Source: Chrysomallon squamiferum
Taxonomy: Eukaryota > Animalia > Mollusca
Length of the DNA: 64,000 nucleotides
NCBI GenBank assembly: GCA_012295275.1
Contig: CM022677.1
Coordinates: 15,686,001 to 15,750,000 of the forward strand
Direction: 5' to 3'
Under the pieces are notes generated by a model. That model ran no database searches, was not told the origin of the DNA, and saw only the letters and a program-made list of their open reading frames with translations. Positions 1 to 16,997 of this stretch are shown here, piece after piece. Position 1 is the stretch's first letter. Every line of letters starts with the position of its first letter. A program made the position numbers and the translations under genes.

Positions 1-299
1 ATCTTATTTTATTTTATTTATTTTATTAATTTTATTATTTTATTTATTTAATTATTTAATATATGTTTACCATTTCACAAGCAAACCTGAAAAAAACAAA
101 ACTAAATTTTTACCACCTGTTTATTTATTTATTACCTTAAACACTCAACACTGATAGTGTCAATCAATAAAAAAGAAACTAGAAGCAATCTTACTTTTAC
201 AGTGATAATTAAGTTTATACAAAATAATTTCACCAACTGATTTGCTCATTTACCCTAAAGTAACCGAATATTTGCAGCAACAATTTATTTTAAACAAAA

Positions 300-2352
300 C
301 AATTTCAGCAACTGAAATATTTACTCATTATATTATTATTTAAATCAGTTTAGAAATATATCGGTATTTACATTTTCTTCATCAATAGCAAAAATCATAT
401 ATCCACTGAACCTTTTCTTTTTCAAAATGAATATTTAATGGCCCAAATTTGTTTTTTAGGCCACCATATAGTTTAGATGAGTTAAGAGCTCTGTGTGTGT
501 GTTTTCCAATACTTGTCACAGTGTTTTTAAACCCCCTAGACATAATAACAAGAATAAATATTGGCACTGTGACACCAAGACATTCTGATAACACCAAATA
601 ATCATGTTAAGACAATCCTGTGTTGTTATTTTTTGATAATTATAGAATTTTAAACACATTCACAAGAAAAATTTAAAATGTTGAAAATATTATAAAAATA
701 AATGTAGATAAAATAAAGTTTGTCTTGAAAGTTGTATTCTGCATTATTTCTCTTTTACCTTAGGCAATGGTTTCAGTTTGTTTACATTAATTTCAGAGAA
801 GTAACATGCTGCTGTTTGTTCAGTTCTGTGTCTCCTACCAAGTTTACAGATCAACAAAATTCATTTTCTGTTGTGTTTTCATCTTAAAATGGGAACATAA
901 TCTCATCTGCATTACAGTTAATTTCAAAGATTAGCAGAATTAGTAACAGACAGACCACCAATCACAGACTGTTCAGTTTCGTCCAACTAATGGAATTTGC
1001 CTCCAGTTTTTATAACCTGCAAGGATGAAATCTCACATACGTTTGTCATCCTGGCCAAGAACAAAACTAGGACGTTTCTACTCCTGTTTTGTAGTACACA
1101 TTATTACTGGTTTGTGAACAACAGCTGATAATCTAATCTGATGTCATACAGTCATTTGAATCCACTCATTGCATTTACCATCCAAACCAAAGTTTTAATA
1201 GTGAATTCAGCAAACTTTGTCAATCACAGCTGGAGGTTTTTTGTTGAATAACTGCAGCTAAACAGAATCATGTTGCCAAATCAATGTAAGAAATGTACAC
1301 CTGACTTCCATTCTTTTATATCCAGAGCCACATCATTAACTTCTGATGCAAATGGAAAACACACGATATGTCTGGATGAAGTTCTTTTGAATTTCTTGTA
1401 TACATCGCAAGTTTCAGTTACCTCCTATGACAATCATCATCACTGCCACCTGCATCCTTTAATAACACTGCAAGTCTTTGATTCAAAGGATGAGAAAACT
1501 GCTTATGAAGTTGTAAAATGATTTTCTTTTTTTCTTATCAGTAATAGTGTAGAAAAGTTGTTTTGGATCATCAAGATGAACACAGTGGGTCTACAGATCA
1601 ATCTGCTTTCCAAGAATTTAGCTCTGTCATGCTCTAAATCTGACACTAATTTGCAGTTTTCACTGCTGGTTTTCCCAGATATGTTGATACATTTTACACC
1701 CACTATTTCACAATGAACTGTTACTTATTTCTTTGATTTAAGGCATTTACCTGCACCAGATTAGAAATCGGTGTCACTAACGTTTCATTAACTTGTTTGA
1801 GTCACTGTGTAAAGTATCCAAGTAACATTTCATCCAGGTTGGGCTATATGCACTGTCAAGAACAGCTGAATTAACTATTATTTTTTTAAATAAACCTCGA
1901 AATGCTCCACAACCACGCTGGTTATAAAACACTTCATTTTCCTCCGCTACATAAATTAATGCCAACTCATGAATCGTCGTTATCATTTACTTGTTTCAAC
2001 AAATATGTCACATCGCTGTAGTCGGCATCAGTAAGTACAAAGCTGTCGTTCCCTGTGACACAAATCAGCTCCTTCTGGTAACTTAAACACTAACATATAC
2101 GGCTGCAAGTTCGTCTTTTATATATTTTTGTTAGAAAAGTCGCTATTCTATCGTCTTTCATCAACGCCGAGTTCACTAAACACTTTATCAGGATAGACCC
2201 TTCACTTTCCTGCAATGATAACGCTATCACTGTTTCTTTTTCCAAATCTGTTATATTCTGCTAACGCTTTAATTTCATCCATCCATCTGGTGTACGTTTT
2301 GTAACTTTCGGTCTTCAAATAAAACAGAAATTAACAACAACGCTCTGTACCA
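300..2352 (-). mobile_element. Degenerate Ty1/Copia LTR retrotransposon internal region (GalEa-like): PBS, gag, protease, integrase
   Basis: Minus-strand translation across frameshifts gives gag-like KTYTRWMDEIKAL / TDLEKETVIALSLQESEG..DKVFSELG, protease NSAVLDSAYS..WMKCYLDTL and DLEHDRA, and integrase Zn-finger LQLHKQFSHPLNQRLAVLLKDAG...ETCDVYKKFKRTSSRHIVCFPFASEVNDVALDIKEWK, then VLGQDDK..RFHPCRL. The gag-PR-INT order is Copia-type. No RT recognised. The 3' boundary is approximate. Confidence 0.8.
2340..2352 (-). other. Primer-binding site of the Copia element (tRNA-Met type)
   Basis: Minus strand reads TGGTACAGAGCGT just upstream of the gag-like frame. It matches the GalEa PBS TGGTAGCAGAGC with a 1-nt deletion. 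Confidence 0.6.
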
Positions 2353-3285
2353 AGATAAATCCATCGTCAAGCCCAGACTTAAAATACGATACCTTATTTC
2401 AAAAAACATAACAAGCACTCCTTCCGATAGAGTTCCATATACAAATCCAACACCACACGTAATTGGCTGAATTATAAAACAGTGACCTATGATTTGATCT
2501 GTAATAAACATATCCAACCAATCAGCACTATTATAAGTTCTGCTGCAGTCCAACTCAATTACTGATTAACCATCCCGTTGTGCAATGCACACCAATTTGA
2601 AAATAGTTTTGAAAAAATAAATCCATGTGCATTAACTTTATCTTAATTTTTATAGTTACTTTTATTATGTATTAATAAATATTGTATAAAATGTATACTA
2701 CATAATTCAGTGTTTATATATTAGTTTACATTATATTTCTTATAAAACTTTGTCATTTATTAACATAGAAATATATTTTAAAGTCAAAATGTAGAAGTAT
2801 ATTTACTTTTATTTTCTCATAATATTTAACAATATTTAAAAAATAAATAAATAAATAAAATAGAAAAATCTCAGGTTTCTTGTATTATTTTCTGTGCAGT
2901 TTCTCCAGCTTAAAAAAACACATTAATTTATATTTCTCCGTATTTCTCTGCATCTCTTTATAGAAAAATAATACCTCCTTCTCTGACTATCTCTATGTTG
3001 CACAGTTTACATAATAAAATATCCAAGTAACATTATATATTTTATTATTTTTATTATGCAGGCATCACTGTCCTTAGAAAACACGTATTATTAATAAAAT
3101 ATACACTCGATTTTTTTTTCGCTCTGCTGCTAGTCGTGTTATCTCAAATTATCAGTAAAAAAGTCTGTGACATCGTTCTAAAGTACAAATATTTAATACC
3201 ACTTGCAAAAACTATTTATATATTTGTTAAATAAAAGATTCTCTCTATGTTTTTTCTATTATTTTCTAACATATTTTGTTATCTA

Positions 3286-3627
3286 TCACAGTTTAGTTAC
3301 ATTGAAAACTACAGAAAAAGGCAAATCTTCTGGAGTCACGACGGTTATACTGCTTGTGTAATGACTAGCGCTATGGCCATAAGGTTGCAAGAAACCCAGG
3401 GGATATTGACCATTTTCTGATACATTACAGCAATCAGCACTTGAGTTAGCTACTGAAGATTTATTTGATGCACTGACAACCGTCATGTATTTTGAAAAAC
3501 TAATTAGTTTAGATGAATCACTTTGATTTTGATGATAAGAATATTCACACATCTCCCACACAGGCACTACAACAATGAAGAAGTGTTTTGAGATTTTCAT
3601 TTCACAATGGAAATTCAGTTTAAATTC
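3286..3627 (-). CDS. Possible terminal coding exon of an unidentified protein (Ser-rich, ends ...VTKL*)
   Basis: Over 100 open codons in non-repetitive sequence, preceded on the minus strand by ttttttaattag (acceptor-like). No family recognised. Confidence 0.25.
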   Translation of the reverse strand, partial: EFKLNFHCEMKISKHFFIVVVPVWEMCEYSYHQNQSDSSKLISFSKYMTVVSASNKSSVANSSADCCNVSENGQYPLGFLQPYGHSASHYTSSITVVTPEDLPFSVVFNVTKL

Positions 3628-3993
3628 TAATTAAAAATGAAAAGATAGATTTTTCTGTCTGTCCTTTTCTTTTTGTTATTTTTATTTTATTTTATTTTAT
3701 TTTATTTTTTATTTTTACTGAAATGTAAGTTTATTAAAATGCATTTAATTTTTACAAAGCCATTAATAATAATTTAAAAAACAAAAACTTATTACACATT
3801 GTTATAGTGAAAAAGTTATAATGTTATAATATTTATTATTATGATTTTTACTTTTCTATTTTCCTTTCTTTCCTTATTATTATTTGTTCCTGCAAATATT
3901 TGCAGATTACCTTTTAAAGTTTATTTATTTCATTCTTTTCTTTTTTTTTTTTTTTTTTATTAACAGTAAAACATATTTCCTGTATGAGCAGAA

Positions 3994-4030
<37 letters not shown>

Positions 4031-4706
4031 TCTTGTTGTTATTATAAAACAAAGATCAGAGGTTATAATGATGCCTATCAGAATTAACCTATATTCTTAA
4101 AATTTCGTTAAAACACAACAACGTCGCTGACTTTCTGGTAACATAAAACGTAAAATACGTCGCAGTATCTCATTGTTATTTGTGTAAACTGCGGTTATAA
4201 AATAAAATATCATATTAAACGGTTCTAGTGAGATAACAACTTTCTATATTTCTGATCATATACTGGTATTTTGATATCTAACAGATATCACATTAACAAC
4301 AAGCATTCTCACCTTTTACTATTAATCCGGAAGACGAAGATAAACAACTTACTTTCTGACTTTTTATGTATAATCGCTTATACCGGAAGTATAGAAATAT
4401 ATGGAAACCCCAGATATATTTCTCAGATATTGTCAATATCATCATTTGTAGGTACCTTCAGCTTGGGCATTATTTTATTCTCTATGGTGTATTATAATAA
4501 AGTGTAATATGCAAAACTGCTCCTTATTTTTATTTTATTTTTATTTTTTATCGATTAAATTCATTAATTAAGATATGACGTAAATATCCATGAAAATTAA
4601 TTTAAGTGTAACTAATAGAATTCGATCTCAATTTCATTTGATCTATATATATAATAATTAAAAGGGTTTTCATAGTAAGACCACTTCTAGTTACCGTCTT
4701 ATTTGC

Positions 4707-4747
<41 letters not shown>

Positions 4748-5269
4748 CCCATATTAAAACACATCAAAGGCAGAAATAGCAGAAAATTTATGTTAATGAC
4801 AAAATACGTTAATTTTAAATACGGTATTCTGTTTTATTATCACTGTACCATTTATTATTACAGAATATTGTTTGATATATATCACGTTGAAATACATTGC
4901 AGCATACCTTATCAAGCTTTAATTTCTAATACTTGTCAGAATAGAACTAATGTAAACTAAAGTTAACCATTAATTCAAATATTCTAATAATAATAATGAT
5001 ATATATATTGATAGCATCGAGGATTACATCTGTTATATTACTGTTGCAGTTTAGTTTTTGGAAAGATATTACAAAATAGGTGGTACAGTATAATACTTCG
5101 ATAATTTTAGAACAGTACAAATGCAACTCAGATATTACAACTTGAATAAATATTGTAACATTGTAAATACTTTTAACGTTTCACTTACTACATTTTATAC
5201 GAATACTAATAATTCTACATTCTTCTTGTTACTAGTAGTACTAACAATTTTACTTGATGCTGCTGCTGG

Positions 5270-5660
5270 TATGAACATTTTTACATACGATATGTCACAA
5301 CCTGTATTTACATTTAATACTAGTATTAAGATTTTTACTCTGTGTTACTATGTGTATTACCATTTTTACCTACGACATATCGATGCTGAAATTTCACATG
5401 TAAATTTACTACACGTTACTAGTACCAGCATTTTTACTTCATGATTATACTAGTACTAGCATTTTTACTTCCGATACTGAAATTTATATTTTAATTCATA
5501 CAGCTTACTACTAATATTATTATTTTTACTATATGTTACAATTTGCATTAACATTTTTACTTTCTACGTTACTACTAATATTACCATTGTTTCTATGTGT
5601 TACTATTGGTATTAACATTTTTACTTATTACATTTCACCCATTAGCACTTTTACTTACAA
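5270..5660. repeat. Degenerate ~32-bp minisatellite
   Basis: Recurring CATTTTTAC...GTTACTACTA.TATTA units. Confidence 0.5.
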
Positions 5661-5722
5661 AGTGTTATCACTTGTGTTTCAATGTTAAATATGTACATAT
5701 ATAAATATACATATAAATATAT

Positions 5723-5772
<50 letters not shown>

Positions 5773-5905
5773 TCTATTAAGCAGGTGAAAATTCTGGATT
5801 TTATACAGGGAATAGGATGCTGGCAATCTCAGTACACTTTTGATAGTAAACCTTTGTGAGTGTTTATGTATGTATGTGTTTGTGTCTTATCGTGTTTGTG
5901 TGATT

Positions 5906-9645
<3,740 letters not shown>

Positions 9646-9784
9646 CAAATAGTTTAACCACGTAGCAATTCTGTTTTCACCGGAAGAATATGCTATGTTG
9701 AAATAGTCAGTATGAGCTGTGAACTGTCCGCCTATTCCGTAGTTTGACACCTGAAGTGGTTCTGAAGCTTTCATTGACAAAGAG

Positions 9785-9815
<31 letters not shown>

Positions 9816-9824
9816 GTTATTATT

Positions 9825-9863
<39 letters not shown>

Positions 9864-10692
9864 AAAAGCTTAAAAAAATAGGTATAAAGAATAAACATAA
9901 TAAAATACTCATAAAACTATGAAACAACAACAACAACAAAAAATAAAAATAAAAATAAAAACAGCTTGGGTAAGTAAACATTGTCTGAAATAGACAATTT
10001 ATACTCCGATCTACCAACACAGTAAACAATTTAATAAACAAGACAGAAACTTTACAAATTATTACAAATAAACAGTGGCATTCAAACGTAAATAAAGAGA
10101 AAAGTCCACTGAGGTGTTTACGTAACCGATTTAGAAGTTTTAATAAAAAGCTCAGTAACAGAGAGGGTGAAACATTCCACAGTGAAAAATAAATCTAGTC
10201 TGACGTTGTTAGTCTCTAGGTCAATCAGTCCCTGGCAACCTAGATACATTCCGCAGAATTAACTCAAAAACAAAATTATAAAACAAATAACAAAAATATA
10301 CAAAGCTTTTATAATATTTAAAAGATAAATCGTTTCGATTAAAGCATCTGTTAGCAAGATAGACCTTAAGTGAAAACATTTATTTTAGAAGTAAGATGTA
10401 GCAACTACTCACTGGGTATATTCATTAATGATTCACAGGAAACTTTTCCATCAACAGCTGAGCAGTATAGACGTATTTTTAAATGTCAGAATATTATGAA
10501 ATGTTTTATTGTAAAGCGCTGTGGTGATTTAAGTTTGTCTGTATTATTACTATTACTTTATTTGCGATGGCCCTAATACTTAAACAAGAGAACGTAATAA
10601 TTGTTTTAGAACCAGAGTAAACTCCAACGTATATAGAACTATCTTCTTAAAAATGAGTCAGTTCATACCAAAAATATCGCGAATTCTTCTAC

Positions 10693-10728
<36 letters not shown>

Positions 10729-11149
10729 GTGTTGTTGTTTTTGTTTTTGTATCTTTTCCTTGCTTGCATAAATAAATAAATAAAAAGAAGAAATTTTTGA
10801 TACATTATATTATTTTCTTTCTAAGAGAGAGACAGATAGAGACAGAGCCAGAGTATGGGCTGATATAAATCTATAGAAACAAGTCAGTATTCCTGTCTCC
10901 CTCTCACTATTTTAATTTTTGCTCGTTAATATCAGTAATTACTCTTTAAAATAAAATAACAAATATTTACCTTTTGTAAAGTGTAAATAGTCAATAGAAA
11001 ATATTAACAAAAAAATAGAAAAAAAAAAGAAAGAAAAGGAAAATAATAAATATAAGAATTTAGGTATGATTATGGTGTTTTGCAACAATTTCATTTTGCT
11101 TTTATTCAGCATTTGTTGCATTTTAAATGTCTGTATGATAATTTTTGTT

Positions 11150-11469
11150 TCATTATTGCAACATTAAATCAGTTTGAACACATCTGGTTGATAATTTGAT
11201 GCATCAGCATATGATTTCCTTGCCATACCGGTTTCTATGAATGTCCATATCTATTTTTCTAAGCTTTCATACGCTAAAAGTAAATGATTCTGATTATCGG
11301 GGAGATGTTTACGAGGATTTAATGCTGGGTTACGGCCAGTACGGTGGCACCTATTATCTGTGTCGTCTGTTACAGTAGATGTTACATGTGGTGGCTCAGT
11401 AGTGACTATAGCTTTTGAATCTAAGATCTGTGGACATTTTTCTGAGATGCAATAAGTTACATCTTCTGA
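11150..11469 (-). pseudogene. Degenerate exon of an unidentified S/T/P-rich protein (paralog at ~55700-56100)
   Basis: After tatttcag the frame reads SEDVTYCISEKCPQILDSKAIVTTEPPHVTSTVTDDTDNRCHRTGRNPALNPRKHLPDNQNHLLLAYESLEK*. A nucleotide paralog at 55985-56100 reads KCRQILDSKDI. Confidence 0.35.
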
Positions 11470-12046
11470 CTGAAATATTTAAACAGTATTAAAATAACAT
11501 TACATATTACAAACAGATTTCTTAACATGAGACATAATTATGCAGGACTCGAAATGGCCAGTCGCCAGGTCACGAAATGTGACCAAAGTTCCGTTTAGGC
11601 GACTGGGAGGTAAAAATCATTATGGTTAGTCTCCCAAAAAAATATTATTTGGGTGACCTGTTTTTTCTATAAGTTATGACACAAGAGCCACAATTAATAT
11701 TTTTTATCGAAAATATTTATTTCATATAAAAGATCTATTTATAAACGCTAATGTTATCATGAACATTTCCAACCCGTATGTTAAAGGATTATCGGTTGGT
11801 TAACGGAACAAGTTATCATAGGAGATAACACTGTAACAATGTGTTTGCTATTGCTTTTCCTTTTTAATTGCACCTTTAATTGGCTAAATTGAAGCCAAGC
11901 AACAAAACTAGCGAACTTATAGAGCTTTACGTTCAAGAATTATCGGTTGGTTAACGGAACAAGTTATCATGGGAGATAACTCTATAACCTTATATTAGCT
12001 ATTGTTTTTCCTTTTCAATTTCGGTAGGGTTACTTAACCGGAATAA
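11315..12046. repeat. Dispersed duplication of 55985-56785, including the start of a hAT-like element at 11543 and the empty site of the 56139 MITE
   Basis: Collinear shared sequence (GATTTAATGCTGGGTTACGGC, CGCCAGGTCAC.AAATGTGACCAAAGTTCCGTTTAGGC, two TTATCGGTTGGTTAACGGAA units). CAGGACTCGAAAT at 11543 resembles a hAT terminus. Confidence 0.8.
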
Positions 12047-12071
12047 GAAATAAATAAATAAAAATAAAAAT

Positions 12072-12103
<32 letters not shown>

Positions 12104-12371
12104 TGAAAAAATACAAAAAAGAAAGATTGAACGCCTTCCTTGTACATCAGCTTGAAAGACAAGTATGACATTTGTCTGAATTGAAAATGTCAGTAATAGA
12201 TATTCTTAAGAAGAAGAAAAAAAGTATGTACTTCTGAAGTAATATTATTTATTCATGTTAGAGAATTACATTTGGTATACAGACAGATCAATTAAATTTG
12301 GAAACCAAAAATTTTAAATGTTAAATGAAAATGTAATATATTTTATCTGGATAGACAACACTCCTAAAATG

Positions 12372-12428
<57 letters not shown>

Positions 12429-12435
12429 CTTCTAG

Positions 12436-13654
12436 ATTAGGACAGTTATTGCAAATAATTTACAACTGTGTCAGTATTATAAGAATTTAGATTTTTTTTG
12501 TTTTGCATCAGAAAAGAATATGGCAAGTCTACAAAGCACTCCAATGAACAAAGCAGAGAAACTTGTACGGGTTTTCATTAGTTTTTTCCTATTTAAGCAG
12601 CAGGTAATTTGTGATTTCTCCTTCATTTTTATAGAGTACGTTTGAATGTGTTTGTGTTTGTGAGGGAGGTTATGGGTGTCTGCTTATATCTTTTATTGTT
12701 TTTTTACAGCATTAGTCAGAACAAACTCACAGCTTAATTGAAGCATTGCAGACTGAATGGTAACGCCAAGAGAGAAAAGAAATCTGGCAGAAGAAAATTA
12801 ATTCACACACTTTTACATGTGAAGATAGAGAAAGGATAGTTCAATTTCTGCAGCATTTTCATCAAGATTATGACTAATTTTGTCTGAGTCAGTTGCAGGA
12901 TTCAAAGGGAGTAATTTGAAAATACTGTCTGCATGTGAGACTAAATCTTCACTTTGGAGGGAGTATCAACAGACTGCTATTGCACATGGTAAGAATTCAT
13001 TTGAATAATGTGCAATTTTTGTAACAGATTAAGTGATATTTACTGGAATGTGGTCTGAAACATATTTAAAAGAGTAAATATAATTTTAAGGATATTGTAT
13101 TAATTCTTAGATTAATTGATTATATATTGCATATGCTTTTGTTTGTTATTTTAAATTTTGTTTTCATTTTTATGTTTAAGAAAAAGTTAACTGTCTTCTT
13201 AGTTTCACTTATCAGTTTAATGTCACGACACTGATATTTAAGCCTGTTTAGGACATCATTTATCAATCTGTGGAACATATGTGTCCTTTTATTGTCCCAA
13301 AACAGATCTCTGCTGGCAGTGCTAACAGTGAGAAGATAGAGCAAACTCCCAGTCTTCCAGCAGAAGAGAAAATGAGAGTGTTTGGAGAGCAATTTGAGCA
13401 TCTACACATTGTGGAAGAAGAAAGAAAAATTATAACAATTTGGTAGAAAAGTGTAAAATTGTAATTTCTGAAACTGGTATAACCTGTCTTGGTCAACATC
13501 TTATGAGTTCATTTCCTGCAACAGACTTTCATTTATTATTTTAAGTTTGAACAGAAATTTCACATTCAGCCAGAACCAGTTTAATTCCTTGTGTCAAGAA
13601 AATGTGGAAATTTTAAAATATGTTCGGAAGTTCTGTCAGCCAGTCTATCTACTG
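12436..13654 (+). mobile_element. Intron-containing DDE transposase relic, Sola1-like
   Basis: Exon 12710-12988 (acag...gtaag) reads ISQNKLTA*LKHCRLNG...KKSGRR, EDRERIVQFLQHF, VAGFKGSNLKILSACETKSSLWREY. The segment at ~13235-13654 reads TSFINLW, PKTDLCWQC, EEK...EHLHIVEEERK, YYFKFEQKFHIQPEPV*FLVSRKCGNFKICSE. These match the recalled motifs PxTDLCWxCQ and HYSFDFAQQVH..QPGPIYFLxPRKCGxFGVCCE. Many stops and frameshifts. Confidence 0.7.
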
Positions 13655-15231
13655 GTGAGTCAATTAGTCTATTAATTAATTAATTTATATAATTGTTTTG
13701 TACTGCTGTATTGCTTTTTGTTTTGTTTGTTCCTCTGTATGCTATTTATTATTTTATTTTTTTTAACCTGTATGATTCTGTTATTTTAAGTTATGTTTTT
13801 TAGAAATTATTTAATCAAACATTTGTTTGAATTAAATTTGACAAACAAGAATGGAAAGGCCTGTGTTAGGTGTTTATCATGTGAGAGATATGTTTTGTGT
13901 TAATGGAGGTTCTTTTGTTGAAATTATTTATTTTTGTTGGGCTGTGTTTACCATTTTCTTCATGTAGTTGCTGAAAGTTTACATGTTTTGTGAGGTATGA
14001 GAACTGGCTGGAGTTTCTATGGTGATGGACACTGCAGTAGCTGCATGCTAATGACTTGAGTTATATCACTGATATATTTAAAAAGTGAGATGGGTGTTTT
14101 TCTTAATTTCTTTTTTTTTTTCACTCATTTGGCTTCAGGTTGTTGTTCTTACAGAGACTGTTTTTCTGTTTGCTGAGTCAGAGTTTCAGGATTAGTGTAG
14201 GTAATTCCTAGTAAGAAAATGTTGATCCCAGATGTTTACACTGGAACCAAAATAAATTTTCCTTTTTTGTTATTAATTATTTTCTGTTCAGGGTTTTGTC
14301 TGTGTCAGCGTTTGTCAGTGATTTATATTGGTTTCTTATTTATTACCTTTTGCTTATGGTCAACGTTTTTCATTTTTTATAATCAAATTTGACCTTTTTG
14401 CCTGTTGTGTTTTGTAAATCCCAATTTTCATTTCTGAATCATCAAAGTTAGTGATCTTTATGTTTTCCATGTTGTTGTGTTTTTAGAGGTGGGTTTCTTG
14501 TTATTTTTCCTGGTTCTGAAAGTCTAATGTGTGTAGTTGTGTGTATAATTGGATGTTACACACTCACACACCTTGCTTGCATTCAGAGAAATAATACATA
14601 CAAGTGAGAAGATTGTACATAAACTAATATAATATCAACTGTATGAACAGAAATAAGACAGTGTTTTCAGAATACAGTTTGGTACTTTATTTACCAGTTT
14701 ACTTATTTATTTAATCTCTCTTGTCTACTTTCCTTGTTGTTGTGTAAAGTCAGTAAATAAAATAATTTATTGTGGCATTTGATAGGATATGGACTTTTTT
14801 TTGGAGCAAAGAAACAAAAATATAAATTGATAGCAGGGAAGTAAATCTTAAAAAAAAAAAAAACTAAATAAAAAAAAAATTGCTGAACTGTCTAAAATTT
14901 TGCAGTTTCTGTTGCTTTACATTGTCACTTACTATAGACTAGAACATTTCCATGAATATAAATCTAAAGCCAATAACCAGGTGTTGTATTTCAAGGTTAT
15001 TTAACAAATAACTAATTCAAAGCAGCTTAAAGTGAATTATAGATTGTATATCAGCAGTTCTATTTAAAGATTTATATTTATTTAGACTGAAAACAACAAC
15101 AAAAAAAGGATGTGTGGATTGTTTATAATATTGAATGTAGAACAAAAGTTTACATTCTGAAAAGTAACATGTCATTTGAAAACATTACAGAAACAAAAAC
15201 ATTTTATTTTTTATTTCAGTATTACATGTGT

Positions 15232-15385
15232 GGGGCTGGATATAGTGGTAAGGATTTTGCTTAATGCACAGTCAGTTTGGAATCCATCCCTGTCAGTGAA
15301 CACAGCACTATCTCTTTTTCCAGCCAGTGAATAATGTCTGCTATATTAAAGGCTGTGATATGTGCTATCCTGTCAGTGAGTACAT
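15232..15385 (+). mobile_element. Degraded tRNA-derived SINE with Meta/MESC-like core
   Basis: Head GGGGCTGGATATAGTGGTAAGG...GGAATCCATCCCTGTCAGTG (A/B-box-like), then TTCCAGCCAGTG...TATATTAAAGGCTGTGATATGTGCTATCCTGTC, resembling the mollusc MetaSINE core CAAAGGCCGTGGTATGTGCTATCCTGTC as recalled. Confidence 0.6.
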
Positions 15386-15758
15386 ATATTCCATTCAGTG
15401 CACCGTGTCAAGTATCTTAGAGGCAGTGGCATGTACTATCCTGTCAAAGAGTCTGATTGTACAAGCCAGTGAATTGTGTCTAGTATGTTAGAGGCAGTGG
15501 TATGTACTATCCTGTCAAAGATTCTCTACAAGCCAGTGAATTGTGTCTAGTATGTTAGAGGCTATGGTATGTACTATCCTGTCAAAGAGTCTGACTGTAC
15601 AAGCCAGTGAATTGTGTCTGGTATGTTAGAGGCTGTGGTATGTACTATCCTGTCAAAGATTCTCTACAAGCCAGTGAAATGTGTCTAGTATGTTAGAGGC
15701 AGTGGTATGTACTATCCTGTCGAAGAATCTGTACAAGCCAGTGAATTGTGTCTGGTAT
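15386..15758 (+). repeat. ~67-71-bp tandem repeat (about 5 units) derived from the SINE core
   Basis: Unit GTCTAGTATGTTAGAGGCAGTGGTATGTACTATCCTGTCAAAGA...TACAAGCCAGTGAATTGT, with alternating long and short variants. Confidence 0.9.
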
Positions 15759-16300
15759 TACAACCATTACCACTATTACTACTACTAGTACTATTAATAC
15801 TAAAACTATTACTAATTCCACTAATAGCACAACTACAAATTCTGCTGCTGCTGTTACTACTACTACTATTACTGCTATTACTACTGCTACTACTACTGAG
15901 GTGGCTCCAGTTATTTACTACCTCTTCTTGTTGTATTTACTACTACTATACAACCTAAGCTAATTCTACCACAGTTACAACTAGTACTAATACTACAACT
16001 AGTATAGTTACTACTAATACTACAACTATTACCATATTACTACTACTAGTACTATTAATACTAAAACTATTACTACTTCTAGTATTGTTACCACTAATAG
16101 CACAACTACGAATTCAGCTGCTGCTGTTACTACTACTACTACTACTACAACTACTACTACAGCTTATACTACTGCTACCATTGCTACTAATACTAAAACT
16201 ACTACAACTTCTGCTGTGTCAACTACTACACTGTTACTACTCGTTCTATTGCTAGTGGTACTACAACTACTACTACAGTTGTTGATATTATTACTATTGT
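15759..16300. repeat. Degenerate (ACT)n low-complexity tract
   Basis: ACT/ATT/GCT triplets with an internal ~110-bp duplication (about 15768-15865 and 16030-16140). Confidence 0.85.
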
Positions 16301-16393
16301 TAAAACATGATGATGTCTTCTACTAACTACATTTTAATAATAACAAATACATTATTTTCTGCTTATGTAGATTCTACATATTGTAAATTATTA

Positions 16394-16430
<37 letters not shown>

Positions 16431-16591
16431 TGTTATTATTTATTTTTATTACCAGCTGGGATCACTAAATTGTGTACTCAGTTTTTGCCTGATGTTTTCA
16501 ATCATACAAAGACAACTGCTTTTCATCTGAATGATGCAAAAGTTAACAACCAAACACATACTGTTGATGGTTAATTTAGATTTGTATATTA

Positions 16592-16658
<67 letters not shown>

Positions 16659-16813
16659 AAATCTTACGCACACACGTGTACTTCAATTTCTAACTATTTA
16701 GATTTGACAAATTTCTCATTATTATATTTTTTCTTCATTTTGTTTTTTCTTTTTCTGCTGATAGTTAAAATACAGTTGCCAAGTTTCTTGATATTATTTT
16801 TCATTTACTCCAG

Positions 16814-16932
16814 ATGTTCCAGAATCCAAACCAGACACAAGTTTTCTGCAGGAATTAAGTCTGAACTCCAGTTGTTTATTAGGTATGTTGTTTATTAAAT
16901 ATGTAAAGACTGCTTGTTTACTTTTTGTCTTT

Positions 16933-16997
<65 letters not shown>

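Noticed and set aside
13120-13401. Minus-strand ORF with GSLLYLLTV...LFWD resembling a TRADD-N-like domain
   Set aside because: The plus strand of the same bases carries several ordered transposase motifs, so the ORF is best read as an antisense shadow.
13850-14520. T-rich stretch that might be a LINE ORF1 relic on the minus strand
   Set aside because: No diagnostic motif was recognised in any frame.
15707-16300. Thr-rich mucin-like ORF
   Set aside because: It is a degenerate (ACT)n tract with frame breaks, no splice sites and no signal peptide.
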